A program made the position numbers and the translations under genes. Under the pieces are notes generated by a model. That model did not search any database. It was given only the letters and a program-made list of their open reading frames with translations, and was not told the DNA's origin. Shown piece by piece: positions 9,630 through 22,284 of a stretch of 64,000 nt of DNA (the stretch's first letter is position 1; each line of letters begins with the position of its first letter). Source of the DNA: Squalus acanthias (taxonomy: Eukaryota); assembly GCA_030390025.1 (NCBI GenBank), contig CM059431.1, positions 123,320,001 through 123,384,000 of the forward strand. Reading direction: 5' to 3'.

Positions 9630-12600
9630 GTTACAAGGTTGAGAAATTAGTGGCTGGAATGGTTTGCCTGAAGCCTTCAAGGAGTGAGGTAATTCTCATT
9701 TCAGTGAAGCTGTTGTCACTACAGGACCCGCTTCCGGTACCCTTTCTTTTGCTATGTCAAGGAGAGGTAGACCCAGGTCAGAAGCTCCCTCATGTACTGA
9801 CTTTGGAGGAATGAAGGGGGTGGTGATGGTTAAGAAAGTCAACTCATTGTCATTATCATGAATAACAGCAACATCTGTTACCACTCCTTGCAGCCCACTG
9901 TTGGGAGTGCAGGCTGAGATGTGCTTTTAATCAGTGTGTGAACAGATTAAGCAGTTCTGATTATGTCCTGGAAACCTTGTGAAATTATCATTCAGGCATC
10001 TATCAAAGCAGTAGCAGGTGCCATTCTGGAAGCCATCAAAGTCCTTAGTATTTCCTCATGTTGCCTTGTTGCTGCAGATGTCTCCTGGACTGTCACTCTT
10101 TACAGGTAGTTGTGCATTACATGGCTAACCTCTCATATAGTGTTGCAGATGTCAGCATCCATACTATTATTATAATGTCCAGCAGGTCCAGACTCCCTTT
10201 AAACACTTCAAGACTAGCACAATCCTCTTGTGACATGCAATGTATGGTGTTAGCAAGGTGCATCATTGTTTCCAGAGGTTTCTTGCAAATAGTACAATTT
10301 TCCTTTCACCCAGGAAATGAGACTAAGAGGGCATGAGAGATAAGAAGGTGAGTAATGCCTCTATCATTCTTAGAGGATGTGCTTAGGGGCCAGAGCGTCA
10401 CATAACTTAACTAACCTTGTGAGGTAATTAAGCTTCTTCCTGCACTGTATGGCAGTTCATGGAATGGTGTAGGTTTCATTGAATACCTCAGTCACCTCCC
10501 TGCATAAGGTCTACAGTACCCTCTTATGGGGCTTCTTGCCCTCAGTCGCCAGGAATCGTTCCCTTCATGCCATTATTTCTGCAAGTAATACATCAACTGA
10601 TGTATCTGAAATCCTGGGGATTCTTCCTGATGCTGACCCACCCCTCCCCTCCTCCTTCACCCGAGGCAGCTGCTTCTTGACTCATTCTTTTACCATGATG
10701 AAGCTCTCTACAAAAAGCTCTGGCCATTTAATCAGCTGCAGCATTCTAAACACTGTAGCATGACTGAATTTCCCTCCCTACCAGCATCGGTGAAGAATTT
10801 TGGACTTTTCAATATGGACTTTTAATACTTGTTTTTAAAGAAGATCAAAAGAATGGACTTGAAACCATTGATTACTTGGTAAAAGAACACACAACTGCCA
10901 GCTTGACCAAAATCAGAGTGCATGATGGTCTTTGATTATTGTCCAGAATGTTTGGAGAGAGAAACGTATGTGTCAGCATTACTGGATGGAGCTTTGGTAA
11001 ACTACAAGACCTGAGTAACTAATAAGAAAAAACAATGCTGACAGTTACAGAGATAAGAAACAAGGCCAGCAAACTGATAAAGAAATTCTTTATTGTTAGA
11101 ATTAGAAAACAACCCATAAATGTTATGATGTTCAACGGCAGATTTTAAAGAGAAAAACATATAAAATAATCCATTCCAAACAAAGGTTTTCAGGAGAACC
11201 ACATGCGATGTTAGAACAAATGGATTAGGAGAGGAACCTTCATTCTCCTAAGAACGAGGGACTTCATCAATCATTTGCCTCGAGTTGTACTCGCTAGAAA
11301 AAGGTTGCATGAGAAGCTACTACTTGCTTGCTGGTAAAAACCAATGTGTCTGTATGTCAAATTAAATTCTATAAAGTTAGAAAATAACTAGTGTCTTGAT
11401 TGATTCTTGGCCTTTTTGTATTTTGAACCAGCTGATAAAGATATCCTACAGTGGTAATCCAAGAAGCATTGGTTTTACCAGCTACAAGCACATAATGAGG
11501 TCGCTTTAAGAAAACACAGTGGATTAACAGCAGTATTGTGGGTTAACCTGCCTATCTGAGGAAATCCAGCTCTTACTGTCTCGGCTCACCCATGAAGAAT
11601 GCTTCACTGGGCAAAGTATTAGACCATTACTGTCTCCTGTGGTGATAAACCCCAGCATGAGGCACCACGTTTGGAGGAGGAGGAATGGAGGGAGAAAATT
11701 GGAGGCAAAACTGGAGGGGAGAAAAAATAAATTTAATGGTACATATTTAGAACTAATGTTAAAGTTTTAGGTCCATCTGAAAATATTAAAGTGGAATTAT
11801 GATCTGTGTTTTTTAGACAAATATATTTAAATTTTACGTACTGGGTAATTTTCCAATCAATGCTCCTGGCAGATGAGGTTCCCTGCTTCCAGCCAAACTC
11901 AGAAAATGGCCCCCAGTGATTAATCATCAGTTCACAGTTTGGCTGCAATTTATCTTTATTTTTGGCCATTACGAAGTATAAAATCTGTGATGTCAGAAAT
12001 ACGAATCAGTCAGTCACGGTTCAGTCAATTTGATCCAACAGTGATTTGACATTTTTAGTGAAAAGAGGAATGAGTTTTTTTTTCAGAGGCTGCTGTGAGC
12101 TGAAGGAAGTACACCAGTCAAATAAAATAACTCTTACGGACATTTTACTGATGTAGACAGTCATATTGTGGAGTATATCAACAACAAGGAAATGAAAAAG
12201 AAACTGAAAATGGAGAAGAGCAGAGATTAGTTTGTGGTTTTTTTTGGTGGAAATTTCTTTCTTATCCAGACAGTTCACTAGCAGCAGTCAAGATGCCTGA
12301 CAAAAGATAGCAATAACAATAAGATAATAAGAGAATGAATTTTGTCAGCTCAGTATAATGTTCAACTGTCCCAGGAAGACATTGGAGTTGTCAACGGTCA
12401 CAGTGATGTAAACCAGTTTCCTGGTCAGTCAGACTATCAACCTGAAGCTGGCCTTTAAGTTTCCCACTGTGGAATTGATATTCCCACTGCAGCTGGGCCC
12501 TGTTTCTTCTGACAAGATTGATATCATGACGGAGAAGTTAAAACATTTCTTGTTAGCCCTTCACCAGAGAGCTGTGAGAAGATTTTTTTTACATAGCTCT

Positions 12601-13073
12601 TCTTCCATGATGCAGAATTCATGGAGGCAGATAAAATGACAATCAAAGGGCAGCTACAAGTTTTTTTTTATTATTCATATCAGGATAAGTTTGGATATGA
12701 CCTTCTCAAACAACATTTACGGTATTAAATCTCAGGATATAAAAGCTCGAAAGGAGTGGGGGGGGGGGGTTTCTTCCCGTTCATGTTGCTGAAATGTACC
12801 TGTATAATACAACATGGACACCACTAAAGCATAGCTTCTTTTGGAAACAAATTGTTTAATTTCTATTTCAGGGCAAAAATGTGAAGGAATCATCATTGAA
12901 TCTATTTTATGCAGCTTTCAGCCTACTTACAATCAAACGGGCTATTTTGGAAAGTTACATATCTGCCTTTTCAACTTGTATATTCCTACAAAAGTCACCT
13001 GCATCATTAAAGTAAATCCAGCTTGTGTGTTCACTGCAGTAAATGACACCACTATGTCCGAACACAGATTATT

Positions 13074-13813
13074 GGCCCGGATCTTCCGATCCCTACGGGT
13101 GTGTACGCGCTATGTACACACCTGTAGGGACATCGGAAATGCCGGTTTCAGGCATGCCAAGCGCACGCGCTGAAAACCAGCATTTCCGATCTGTCAAGAA
13201 AGCTCTTGACAGATCGGACGCCTGCCCTGGAGAAGGGCCTCTGCGGGCGGATAGTTCCGCTTTCTGGAGAACCTCTGCCCGCAGAAAACCCTTAGAAATC
13301 TTACGCCTGATAAAAGCAGGCGTAAGGCCTGCTTTTACCAGCATAAGATTTAAAAAAGAATTTTTTTTTTATTTATCATTTAAAAATACTTTAAAAAAGG
13401 TAAGTTTATTTTTAGCCCCGTAAAAAACTTTAATTATTTTTTTCAAAAGATTAAGTTTTTTAAAAAAATATTTAATTTATTGTAATTTCAACTAAATTTA
13501 AAAATGTGTTTTTATTTTATTTAATGTTTTAAAGTGTTTTTGGGGTGATCTCCATTCATATATTTGACAGTTCTATCTGTCAAGTGTATGAAGGGAGATT
13601 CGCTTCTTTGATTGGCTCCCCATGGCCCACGTGATCCCAGGGACGCTTGCGAACCGCATGCGCATCTGGGATATGTGGGCCCTGCACATTTCGAGTTGGA
13701 GAGGCCCAGGAGCGGAAGTGTCCGGGCTTCGGGAGCCCTCAGGTAAGGGTGTAGATTTTTTCCAGATCGGAGGCCTCTGCACGCAGGAAGCCTCCGATCG
13801 GAAAATACGGCCC
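13074..13813. mobile_element. Harbinger-type MITE (GC-rich arms, AT-rich core); relative of 45671-46425
   Basis: Imperfect TIRs GGCCCGGATCTTCCGATC / GATCGGAAAATACGGCCC. Colinear with 45671-46425 (ccctacgggtg, gatctgtcaagaa, gcaggcgtaaggcctgcttttaccag). Confidence 0.8.
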
Positions 13814-13912
13814 AATGTCATATTTGTGGCTGACAATGCAGTACTGGCATAGAAATGTTATGTAGCACATTGTGTTGATCCTACATAATAAAGCAAGATT
13901 GCATATCATTCT

Positions 13913-14240
13913 TGGCTCGGTGGTAGCACTCTCACCTCTTAGTTAGAAGGTTGTGGGTTCAATTCCCACTCCAGACAGTGAGCACATAATCTAAGCTGGC
14001 ACTTTTGTGGAGTACTGAACTGTTGGAGGTGCCGTCTTTCAGATGAGACTTTAAATCGAGGTCCCATCTGTTCTCTCAGCTGGATGTAGAAGATCCCACG
14101 TCACTAATCGAAGAAGAGCAGGGCAGTTCTCCAGGTGTCCTGGCTAATAATTATCCCTCAACCAACATCATTAAAAATAACTGATTATCTGGTCATTATC
14201 TCATTGCTGTGTGTGGGTCTTGCTGCTTGCAAATTGGCTG
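13913..14240 (+). mobile_element. Deu-domain SINE (SacSINE1-like), 3' truncated
   Basis: tRNA-like head, then Deu core ggaggtgccgtctttcagatgagac...gaagatccc...gaagaagagcaggg. Confidence 0.8.
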
Positions 14241-16545
14241 CACTGGGGTTCATTTCTAGAAGGGTAGAATTGAAAAGCAGAGAAGTTCCGTTAAACTTGG
14301 AAACTTGGTTAGCCTGCACTTAGAGTGCACAGTTCTGGTCTCCATATTACAAAAAGGATATAGAGGCACTGGAGAAGATGCAAAAAAGATTTACAAGTAT
14401 GATACGGGAACTGAGAGGTTAGCCGCGATTTCCCCTACCTCGGCAGATCCGGTGCGGCCGGGGTCGGTGGTGGGTTGCCTTGAGCTCGCTGTCAAAAGTG
14501 ACCTTACGCTGATTGGGCTTGTTAAGCCAGCCCAGCGAGTTTCCCGGCCAATTGAAGGAAGTGGGTCTGATAACATCACTTGATGCATTGAGGTGCTACA
14601 AGCACTGCACAGAGGTGCACGGCTGCACCCAGGCACTCCCAGGACTCCCTCCATATGCTTATGGAGGAAGTCACAGCACGCAGGGAGGTCCACTTCCCTT
14701 CCAATGGGTGGAAGAGACTTCCCCAGAGGATCAACGCAGCCTGGTGGCACATTGCACAGGAGGACACAAGCAGGGATGTCGTTAGGAGGACCAGGCTGCA
14801 GTGGCGCAATCCTTTCAATGATCTCAGTAGTTCACGAAACGTTACTGCAAAGCCACACTCAACCTCATCCTGCTGTGCCACTCATCACATCCCCATCACT
14901 CTGCCTTCCCTACCCCACTCCTGCACATCCTTACTCACACCAACTTACCTTGCACCTCCACCCATCCCTCTCTATCTACATTATCAATACCCCATCTCAC
15001 TAGCCACCCCTCACACTCACCCTCATCCTAGTCTAATCATACCAACTAACAACATACAATGGGAGGCACTCGGGTGTTTTAACCAATGTTCATGTGACGT
15101 TTCTGGTAATGTGCTGTCAAACATTGAAATCTTTATTTTCAACACTTTGCGTTCTTGGAAAGATTTGTGTGAACCTTTGGAAGTGGCTTAGTGAGTTGCA
15201 GTGAATGGTGAGACATAACAGTACCCCCCGCAATGGCGAGGAGTGTGGAAGGAATGGCTTGGACATTGTATGGATGCTTTACGGTGTTGGTATGGGATGG
15301 TGCCAACCTGGTGCATCATGTGGCAGCCAGGGTGTACAGCGTCAAGTGAAGTAAATCTGGCTATGGTGAGGCCATCCCTGGCCTCCTGAGCAGCAATGTG
15401 GTCGGGTGCTGATGCCCTGTGTCCTTTGCAGCATCAGTTGATTGCAGAGAAGGTTGGTGTTGTTGTTGGTGCTGCTGTTTGCCTGATGCTGCTGGTGTTG
15501 GGGCTGATTGTGGTGTGATTCTGAGGAGCAAGGTGAGAGAGTATAAAAGGCACCCATGCTGATGTAATAGATGGCAGGTGAAGTTGAGATGACAGGAGCG
15601 ATGAAAGAGGTTGTTCCAATGAGGTGACACTGGATACAGAGTTTGCTCCAAACACTTGCAACCTGCATAAAGCTCAATATGTCTTCCAAATGCAGTAAGC
15701 AACAGCTTCTGACCTTGGAAAGTGAACAGCTGTGAGATGGGAGCTTTTATAGCACATTTGCAGCTGTCAAGTAAAGAAATGATATCATGTTGACACAACT
15801 CCCGACCTGCTGAGCTGACATGATCCCCGAGCAGCGGGGAACACGAGGACGACCTCATAAAATTTAAAGGTGAGCTCAAAATAGTTTTTAAGTGCCTGTT
15901 AACAAGCTCTTAATCATCTAATTTGCCTCCCCCGCCGCTTGGTGTCAGGTTTGTTCAGCGATGACAGACCCGACATCTGGGATATTAACATGGCGGCGGG
16001 TTGACAGCGGGTTCCCTACACGCTGTCAAAAAAAAACTTTCCCCACCCGACCCGCCACCGAACGAGCCCACTTACCCCCCAAAATATTCCCCCTGTTATA
16101 ACTATCAGGAAAGATTGATTAGCTTAGGGCTCTTTTCTCTCGAAAAGTGAAGGTGGATGGGTGAGCTAATACAGGTATATAAACTTATGAAGGGGTTTGA
16201 TAGGGTAAACGTAGAGAAGCTGTTTCCACTTGTGGGGGAAGTCGAAAGGGGTCTTAAATATAAGATAGTCACTAATAAATCCAATAAGGAATTCAGGAGA
16301 AACTTCTTTACCCAGAGAGTGATTAGAATATAGAACTTGCCACCGCATGGAATAGTTGAGGCGAATAGCATAGATGTATTTAAGGAGAAGCTAGATAAGT
16401 ACATGAGGGAGAAAGGAATATAAGGATATGCTGATAGAATTAGTTGAAGTAAGGTGGGAGGAGGTGTCATCTGGAGCATAAACACCGACATAGACCAGTT
16501 GGGCCGAATGGCCTTGTTTCTGTGCTGTAAATTCTGTGTAAAAGC
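14240..16545 (+). mobile_element. CR1 3' fragment split by a Harbinger derivative (14240-14421 and 16096-16545)
   Basis: CR1 ORF2 end remnants (cagttctggtctcc...aaggatatagaggcactggag; ggagaaacttctttacccagagagtg) are continuous across the insertion, with TTA duplicated. Confidence 0.7.
14422..16095 (+). mobile_element. Non-autonomous Harbinger deletion derivative (Myb exon-1 remnant + deleted transposase remnant), copy 1
   Basis: ORF 14655 reads MLMEEVTARREVHFPSNG..AAWWHIAQE..RRTRLQWRNPFNDL (Myb-like). Homologous to 25795-27889 and 41628-45410 in reverse orientation. Flanked by TTA. Confidence 0.8.
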
Positions 16546-16892
16546 TGAGGCCCCAGTACAAATCCTTGGGGAACACCACGTCATATACCCAATAATCAGA
16601 GAACTGTCCCTTTATCCAAACTCTATCTCCTATCTCCCAACCAATTACTAACCCATGTCAGAATGTAACCTCCAATTTGTGAGCTTTCATTTTTGTTAAT
16701 AATCTCCTGTGCGGTACCTCGTCAAAAGTTTTCTGGAAGTTGATATCGATATCCCCCATCGACACTCTTCTGTCCACCATGCCAGTGATTTCCTCAAATA
16801 ATTCAGCTCAATTAGTCAGGCATGACCTTTCCTTCACAAATTCAAGCTTTCACTGTGAGCATACTCATACTTGTCCAGGTGCTTAGTTATTC

Positions 16893-17750
16893 TGGGGGTA
16901 ATTTTAACCCCCCAAAACAGGTGGGTTTGGGTCAGGTGGGGAGTTAAAATTCTTAAGGTTTCAAACCTGAACCCAACCTGCCTCAAACCCATCCAGTTTT
17001 AACGGATGTGGTACGGAGGTGGGTGACTAATCACTCTCAGGAGGCGGATTGGTCATTAAGATCCTCCTTATTAACCAGTTTTCTATTTTTAACTCACGTT
17101 GGCCAGGTTTCCCGGGCCTTGGGAAACCCAGCAGGTAAAAGGAGCGACAAGGGCTGGATCCATGAGCTAAGTGCATTTACAGCACTGCTTGTGGGCCAGG
17201 ACAATCAGGGGTGTTTTCTCCAGGCCCAACAAGCTTACTTGTAATCCCCACGTGATTTGTCCAACCCCCCACTTCCACAATCACCGACCCCCCGATCTCA
17301 CCCCACCTCCACAATCACCGACCCCCCCGATCTTACCCCACCTCCACAATCACCGACAACCCCCGCAATCTGTCTGTTCCCCCATGATCTCGCACGCCCC
17401 CATGACCACCATTTTGCCACCCTGCAACCACCACCTCATCCCGTGACCACCATCTTGCCCCACCCAATGTCCACATTCTATCCCCCGCGACCGCAATTTC
17501 ATCGCCCCGTGATCTTCCTCCCTCCCCCACCCCCCGCGATCTCTCTGTCCCACACTGCCTTACCACTGGACCTACCTGCTCCTCCAGTGCACCCTTCTGC
17601 TGCAGGCTTTCCCAATCGACAAGCACCCGGCCAATCAGTAAGGCTGTCTGTCGGGCGGGAAAGCTGGAGAAAAAAACTGCAGGACGTTCGGGGACCATAA
17701 CTCTTCCCCTCGCTCTGAACGCACGTCTCGGTAAATATAATGGCCTTTGT
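16893..17750. mobile_element. Harbinger-like non-autonomous element with a C-rich low-complexity core
   Basis: Starts GGGGTAATTTTAACCCC. The left arm resembles 19138-19465, and it has internal cacaatcaccgacccc repeats. Confidence 0.55.
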
Positions 17751-18001
17751 CTCTGCTCATAGATTCCGGTAAATTATGTTAAATTGATGGGCCTTTTGTT
17801 GACTAGTTTCTCCACCCCCACCCACCCCTGGCTTTTCTTAAATATTGGAGTGATATTTCCAATTTTCCAATCCAAATAATTTCTGAATCTAGAGCCACAA
17901 TGAAGTTAGCTGCTTTCATTTTCCCTTCTGTTGCAGCAGCCATTTCATTCATTTTGCAAGTGCCTGCTCACCCCATTAACTGCATGCAGCCCTTTAAGGT
18001 A

Positions 18002-18364
18002 CAGGAAACTCTTTATTAACCGGCACCCAAATATCCGGAAATCTCTCTTAACCGGCAAAATTCTTGAGTAGGTAACCGGGGTTTTCCTTCATCTCTCGTT
18101 TAAGATAACTTAAAAAAAAACCCCGATGCGTTTGCCTTGTATCGGAGCGTGTAGATTGGGAGGGGAATGTGCAGCCCGGGTAGGCAGCGGACACGACAGA
18201 TGGTCAGCTGGCGGTCCCCGGGGAGACGGAGCTCCGAATGCAGGCGCATGTCAATGTGTACGGGGCTCTCGTACGTTGGTAGATATAACTCTCCGTTATC
18301 CGGACTTTTTGATAAACCGGCACCACGCTGGTCCCGTCGGTGCCAGTTAATAAAGAGTTTCCTG
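18002..18364. mobile_element. Tc1/mariner (pogo/Tigger-type) MITE
   Basis: TIR CAGGAAACTCTTTATTAACCGGCACC / GGTGCCAGTTAATAAAGAGTTTCCTG (one mismatch), with TA TSD on both sides. Confidence 0.9.
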
Positions 18365-19465
18365 TACAATGTTGCACCCTTGCCATGCCCCCCTCTCAAA
18401 TTCTGCCTGTCTCCGCTGCATCTGATCTACTGGGGGTGGGACTTATGGACTCATGCTCTTGTCCTGCCAGCATTATGGACATTTGCTGAAGCTGGGATTT
18501 GTGACGGGTTAGGTCTCCTTGACTTTTGGCTGGGCATAAGTCCCACCCCGCCACATTTAGACTGCTGCCTCAAGGACCCAGGAATATTGGGCACACAGTA
18601 TTTTGGGTCTAGGATTCAAACGTAGCCCACCCTGATTGCAAATCCTCTGCTCGGCTACTAGAGTCATCAAGCCACCTGATTTGACATACAATATTATGTA
18701 CTAGGCACAGCCTTATAAATCACATACATGTTGTCACTTTATAATATTTAGATTTACTTCCACAATTTTTTTTAAATGCATTCAATCTACTCAGCTATAT
18801 TCTTTTCTAAATAATCACTGCACTAATTAAAATAGAAGCTTGTGACTCACACACTGGCAGCATGTGCACTCCCCTGAGCCATTATGCAGACAGCAGTAAT
18901 TTTGAACTGAAGAAGAGAATGCAAATAAAAGTGTGTAATATCGTGCACTAGAAATTAAAATAGCTCAAGGAGAAAGCAGATTTTGAGCTGTGCACTGAGC
19001 ACGCATAATCTTCTTGTCTCACAGAAGTGAGAACAGGTAAATTTAAGTTCATCCTCAAGCACAGAGGGACGTGTCGTTTTACTCATTAAAAATTAAAACA
19101 ATGCACATCAGCGAAGGTGGGGTGGGGCGGGAGTGGATTTCAAACCGCCACAACGGGGAGGAGAGGGTCGGTGTGGGGGTGTTAAAATTTAAAAATTCTG
19201 GAACTCGACCCCAACCCGCCTCAAACACGCCCACATCCAGTTTTAACGGGGGCGTGTTGGCGCACGGGCAACTAACCTGCTCTCCAGAGGGGGGTCAGGC
19301 ATTTAAATATGCTAATGTTGCTGCGTGCCTCACGTTTTCACAGACTTGCAGATTAAAGTGCTGCGGGCTGGGTTTCCCAGGGCTTGGCAAATCCAGCAGC
19401 TGAAGAGAGGCGAGAAGGACATGATCCAGCAGTTAAGTGCCTTTCCAGCACTGCTTGCTGACCTG

Positions 19466-20557
19466 GAAACATAGAAACATAGAAAAATAGGAGCAGGAGT
19501 AGGCCATTCGGCCCTTCGAGCCTGCTCCACCATTCAATATGATCATGGCTGATCCTCCATCTCAATACCATATTCCCGCTCTCTCCCCATATCCCTTGAT
19601 GCCTTTTGTGTCTAGAAATCTGTCTGTCTCCTTCTTAAATATATTCAGTGACTTGGCCTCCACAGCCTTCTGTGGTGGAGAATTTCACAGGTTCGCCACT
19701 CTCTGAGTGAAGAAATTTCTCCTCATCTCAGTCCTAAATGTCCTACCCCGTAATCTAAGACTGTGACCCCTCGTTCTAGACCCCCCCAGCCAGGGGAAAC
19801 ATCCTCCCTGCATCCAGTCTGTCTAGCCCTGTCAGAATGTTATATGTTTCAATGAGATCCCCTCTCATTCTTCTAAACTCTAGTGAATACAGGCCTAGTT
19901 GACCCAATCTCTCCTCATACAACAGTCCTGCCATCCCAGGAATCCGTCTGGTGAGCCTTCGCTGCACTCCCTCTATGGCAGGTATATCCTTTCTTAGGTA
20001 AGGAGACCAAAACTACACACAGTACTCCAGGTGTGGTCTCACCAAGGCCCTGTATAACTGTAGTAAGACATCCTTGCTCCTGTACTCAAATCTTCTTGCA
20101 ATAAAGGCCAGCATACCATTTGCCTTCCTAACTGCTTGCTGCACCTGCATGTTTGCTTTCAGTGACTGGTGTACAAGGACACCCAGGTCCCTTTGTACAT
20201 CAACATTTCCCAATCTATCACCATTTAAATAATACTCTGCCTTTCTGTTTTTCCTACCGAAGTGGATAACTTCACATTTATCCACGTTACACTGCATCTG
20301 CCATGTATTTGCCCACTCACTCAACTAGTCTAAATCACCTTGAAGCCTCTTTGCATCCTCCTCACAACTCACAATCCCACCCAGTTTTGTGTCATCAGCA
20401 AACTTGGAAATATTACATTTGGTTCCCTCATCCAAATCATTGATATATATTGTGAATAGCTGGGGCACAAGCACTGATCCCTGCGGTACCCCACTAGTCA
20501 CTGCCTGCCACACTGAAAAAGACCCATTCATTCCTTCTCTCTGTTTCCCGTCTGTTA
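19466..20557 (-). mobile_element. CR1/HER1 LINE 3' fragment (RT C-terminus + 3' UTR)
   Basis: [41 protein letters not shown] and RMRGDLIETY, ending in a gaaacata tandem tail. Confidence 0.93.
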
Positions 20558-20599
20558 CTTGCTGCACTTCTGGTATCAGCCGATCCACCCGGAATCCGA

Positions 20600-21410
20600 A
20601 GCCCCCCCCACAGCAATCTCCCCCCCCGGCCTCCACGATCTCCCCCCCACCCCATACTTCACGGTCTTCCCACAATCTCCACCATCTCCCCACAACCTCC
20701 ATGATCTCCTCACAACCTCCTCCCCGACCTCCATGATTTCTCCCCAACCCACGATCTCTCCCTGACCTACGATCTCCTCCAAACCTCCAAGATCGCCCCA
20801 CGACCACCACGATCTCTCCCCATCTGCCCCAACCTTCACGATCTCCCCCCCAACTGCCACGATCTCGCCACAACCTCCACGATCTCCCCCCGACCGCCAC
20901 AATCTTCCCTGATCTCCACAATCTCCCCACCACCTCCAAGATCTCCCCCCGACCTCCTCGATCTCCCCCGACCTCCCCCCGACTCACAATCTCCCCCTGA
21001 CCCACAATCTCCCCCCACCCAACCTCCAAGATCTCCCCCTGACCTCCAAGATCTCCCCTCGAACTCCATGATCTCCTCCCAACGCACAAGCTCCCCTGAC
21101 CCATGATCACCCCCCGACCCACGATCACCCTCTGACCCGTGATTCTCCTCAACCTCCACGATCACCCCCTGACCCACGCTCTCCCCCCGATCTCCACGAT
21201 CTCCCCTTGACCTCCACAATCTCCCCCTCGATGTCCACGATCTCCACCGACCCACAATCTCCCCAGACTCATGATCTCCCCAGAGCCATGATCTCCCCAG
21301 AGCCATCATCTCCCTAGACCCATGATCTCCCCAGACCCACGAGCTCGCTCCGATTTTCACGATCTCCCCATGACCGCCACAATCTCTCCCTCCCTCATTC
21401 CAGCTCCCCA
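20600..21410. repeat. Degenerate minisatellite (CCACGATCTCCCC-like units)
   Basis: Dozens of cacgatctcccc / cacaatctcccc / ccaagatctccc variants. Confidence 0.9.
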
Positions 21411-21759
21411 TGTAAGGTGTACCAGCCCAGGCCTTCCCACTCAACAGCCAGCCTGCTGGCTGCTGGTTGGGAAATAGATTTTTTTTAATGTGGTCCTGCC
21501 GTTAAATTTGGAAGGCTCTCTGTGTTACCCGCATTTCCGAGTTTCCTGGCCATTACGACCACCCCCGCCCCCCTGTACCCCAATAGTGAGGACAGTAATA
21601 TGTGCAGAGTGTTGCTGTAGGAGTAGAAGGCGGTGGACTGAAGAATTCTGCAGTGATTGGAGGACAGTGATAGGAAGCGAGGAGTGAAGGTTTGTGAGTG
21701 CAGGGGCAACAGGTCGTGCAAGGCTAAGCAGAGAGTAAAGAAAGATATGAGTTAGGAGG

Positions 21760-22284
21760 CTTACCTTCGCCAAACTTGACCTTTTTTCAGTATTGCAGCC
21801 ATGTCCCGAGGTTTATGCTTCTGGTATTGACCCACTAAGCTACCTCTGCCCAGTCATGCCGGGCAGCTTGCCTGGATGTCTTACTGCGGCTTGATGGAAA
21901 GAAGATGGCGCTCCCCCTGCCAACCTCCTCCACCAGTATCTCCAATATACTGTCAACAAAACAGTGGGGGGGTCTTGCAGCTCCTGCTCTGCCTGCCATT
22001 GTCAGAAACATTAAATGACAATTGCCTGCAACCAAAGTGCATCTCCCCTTTAAGAGGTGCAGGCTACCTTTAAATGGCATCAGGAACACCGTGATATTGA
22101 CAGCCCCCCTCCCCCCGCCCCTTTAGGCGAGATGCCAATGAAAACCGCTGGTAGCCCACCTGTTCTATTTAAATGAGGCAGATAAACCAATTTGGGGAAT
22201 TGTTGCGTCAATGTGATCAAGCGCTCGCTCCAAGCATGCTGGCCCTTCTGCGCCTGAAAACAGGCTTAAACCAATTTCTACCTC
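21760..22284 (-). mobile_element. Old Harbinger terminus with a Myb exon-1 remnant
   Basis: ORF 21835-22089(-) reads PHCFVDSILEILVEEVG..IFFPSS..DWAEVA. Ends in a TIR-like ccaatttctacc (compare GGGGTAGAAATT). Confidence 0.6.

Larger units (their letters stand above)
19138..21575. mobile_element. Harbinger-like non-autonomous element interrupted by CR1, with an expanded low-complexity core
   Basis: The left arm resembles 16893-17230. Its sequence resumes after the CR1 at ~20558. Confidence 0.5.

Noticed and set aside
10751..11453. Element bounded by CACTGTAG / CTACAGTG inverted 8-mers, or a TG..CA LTR
   Set aside because: No TSD and no second copy in the window; could be chance.
20325..21444. 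Long Gly/Arg-rich ORFs fused to RT motifs
   Set aside because: Stop-poor minisatellite read into a 5'-truncated CR1; not a real gene.
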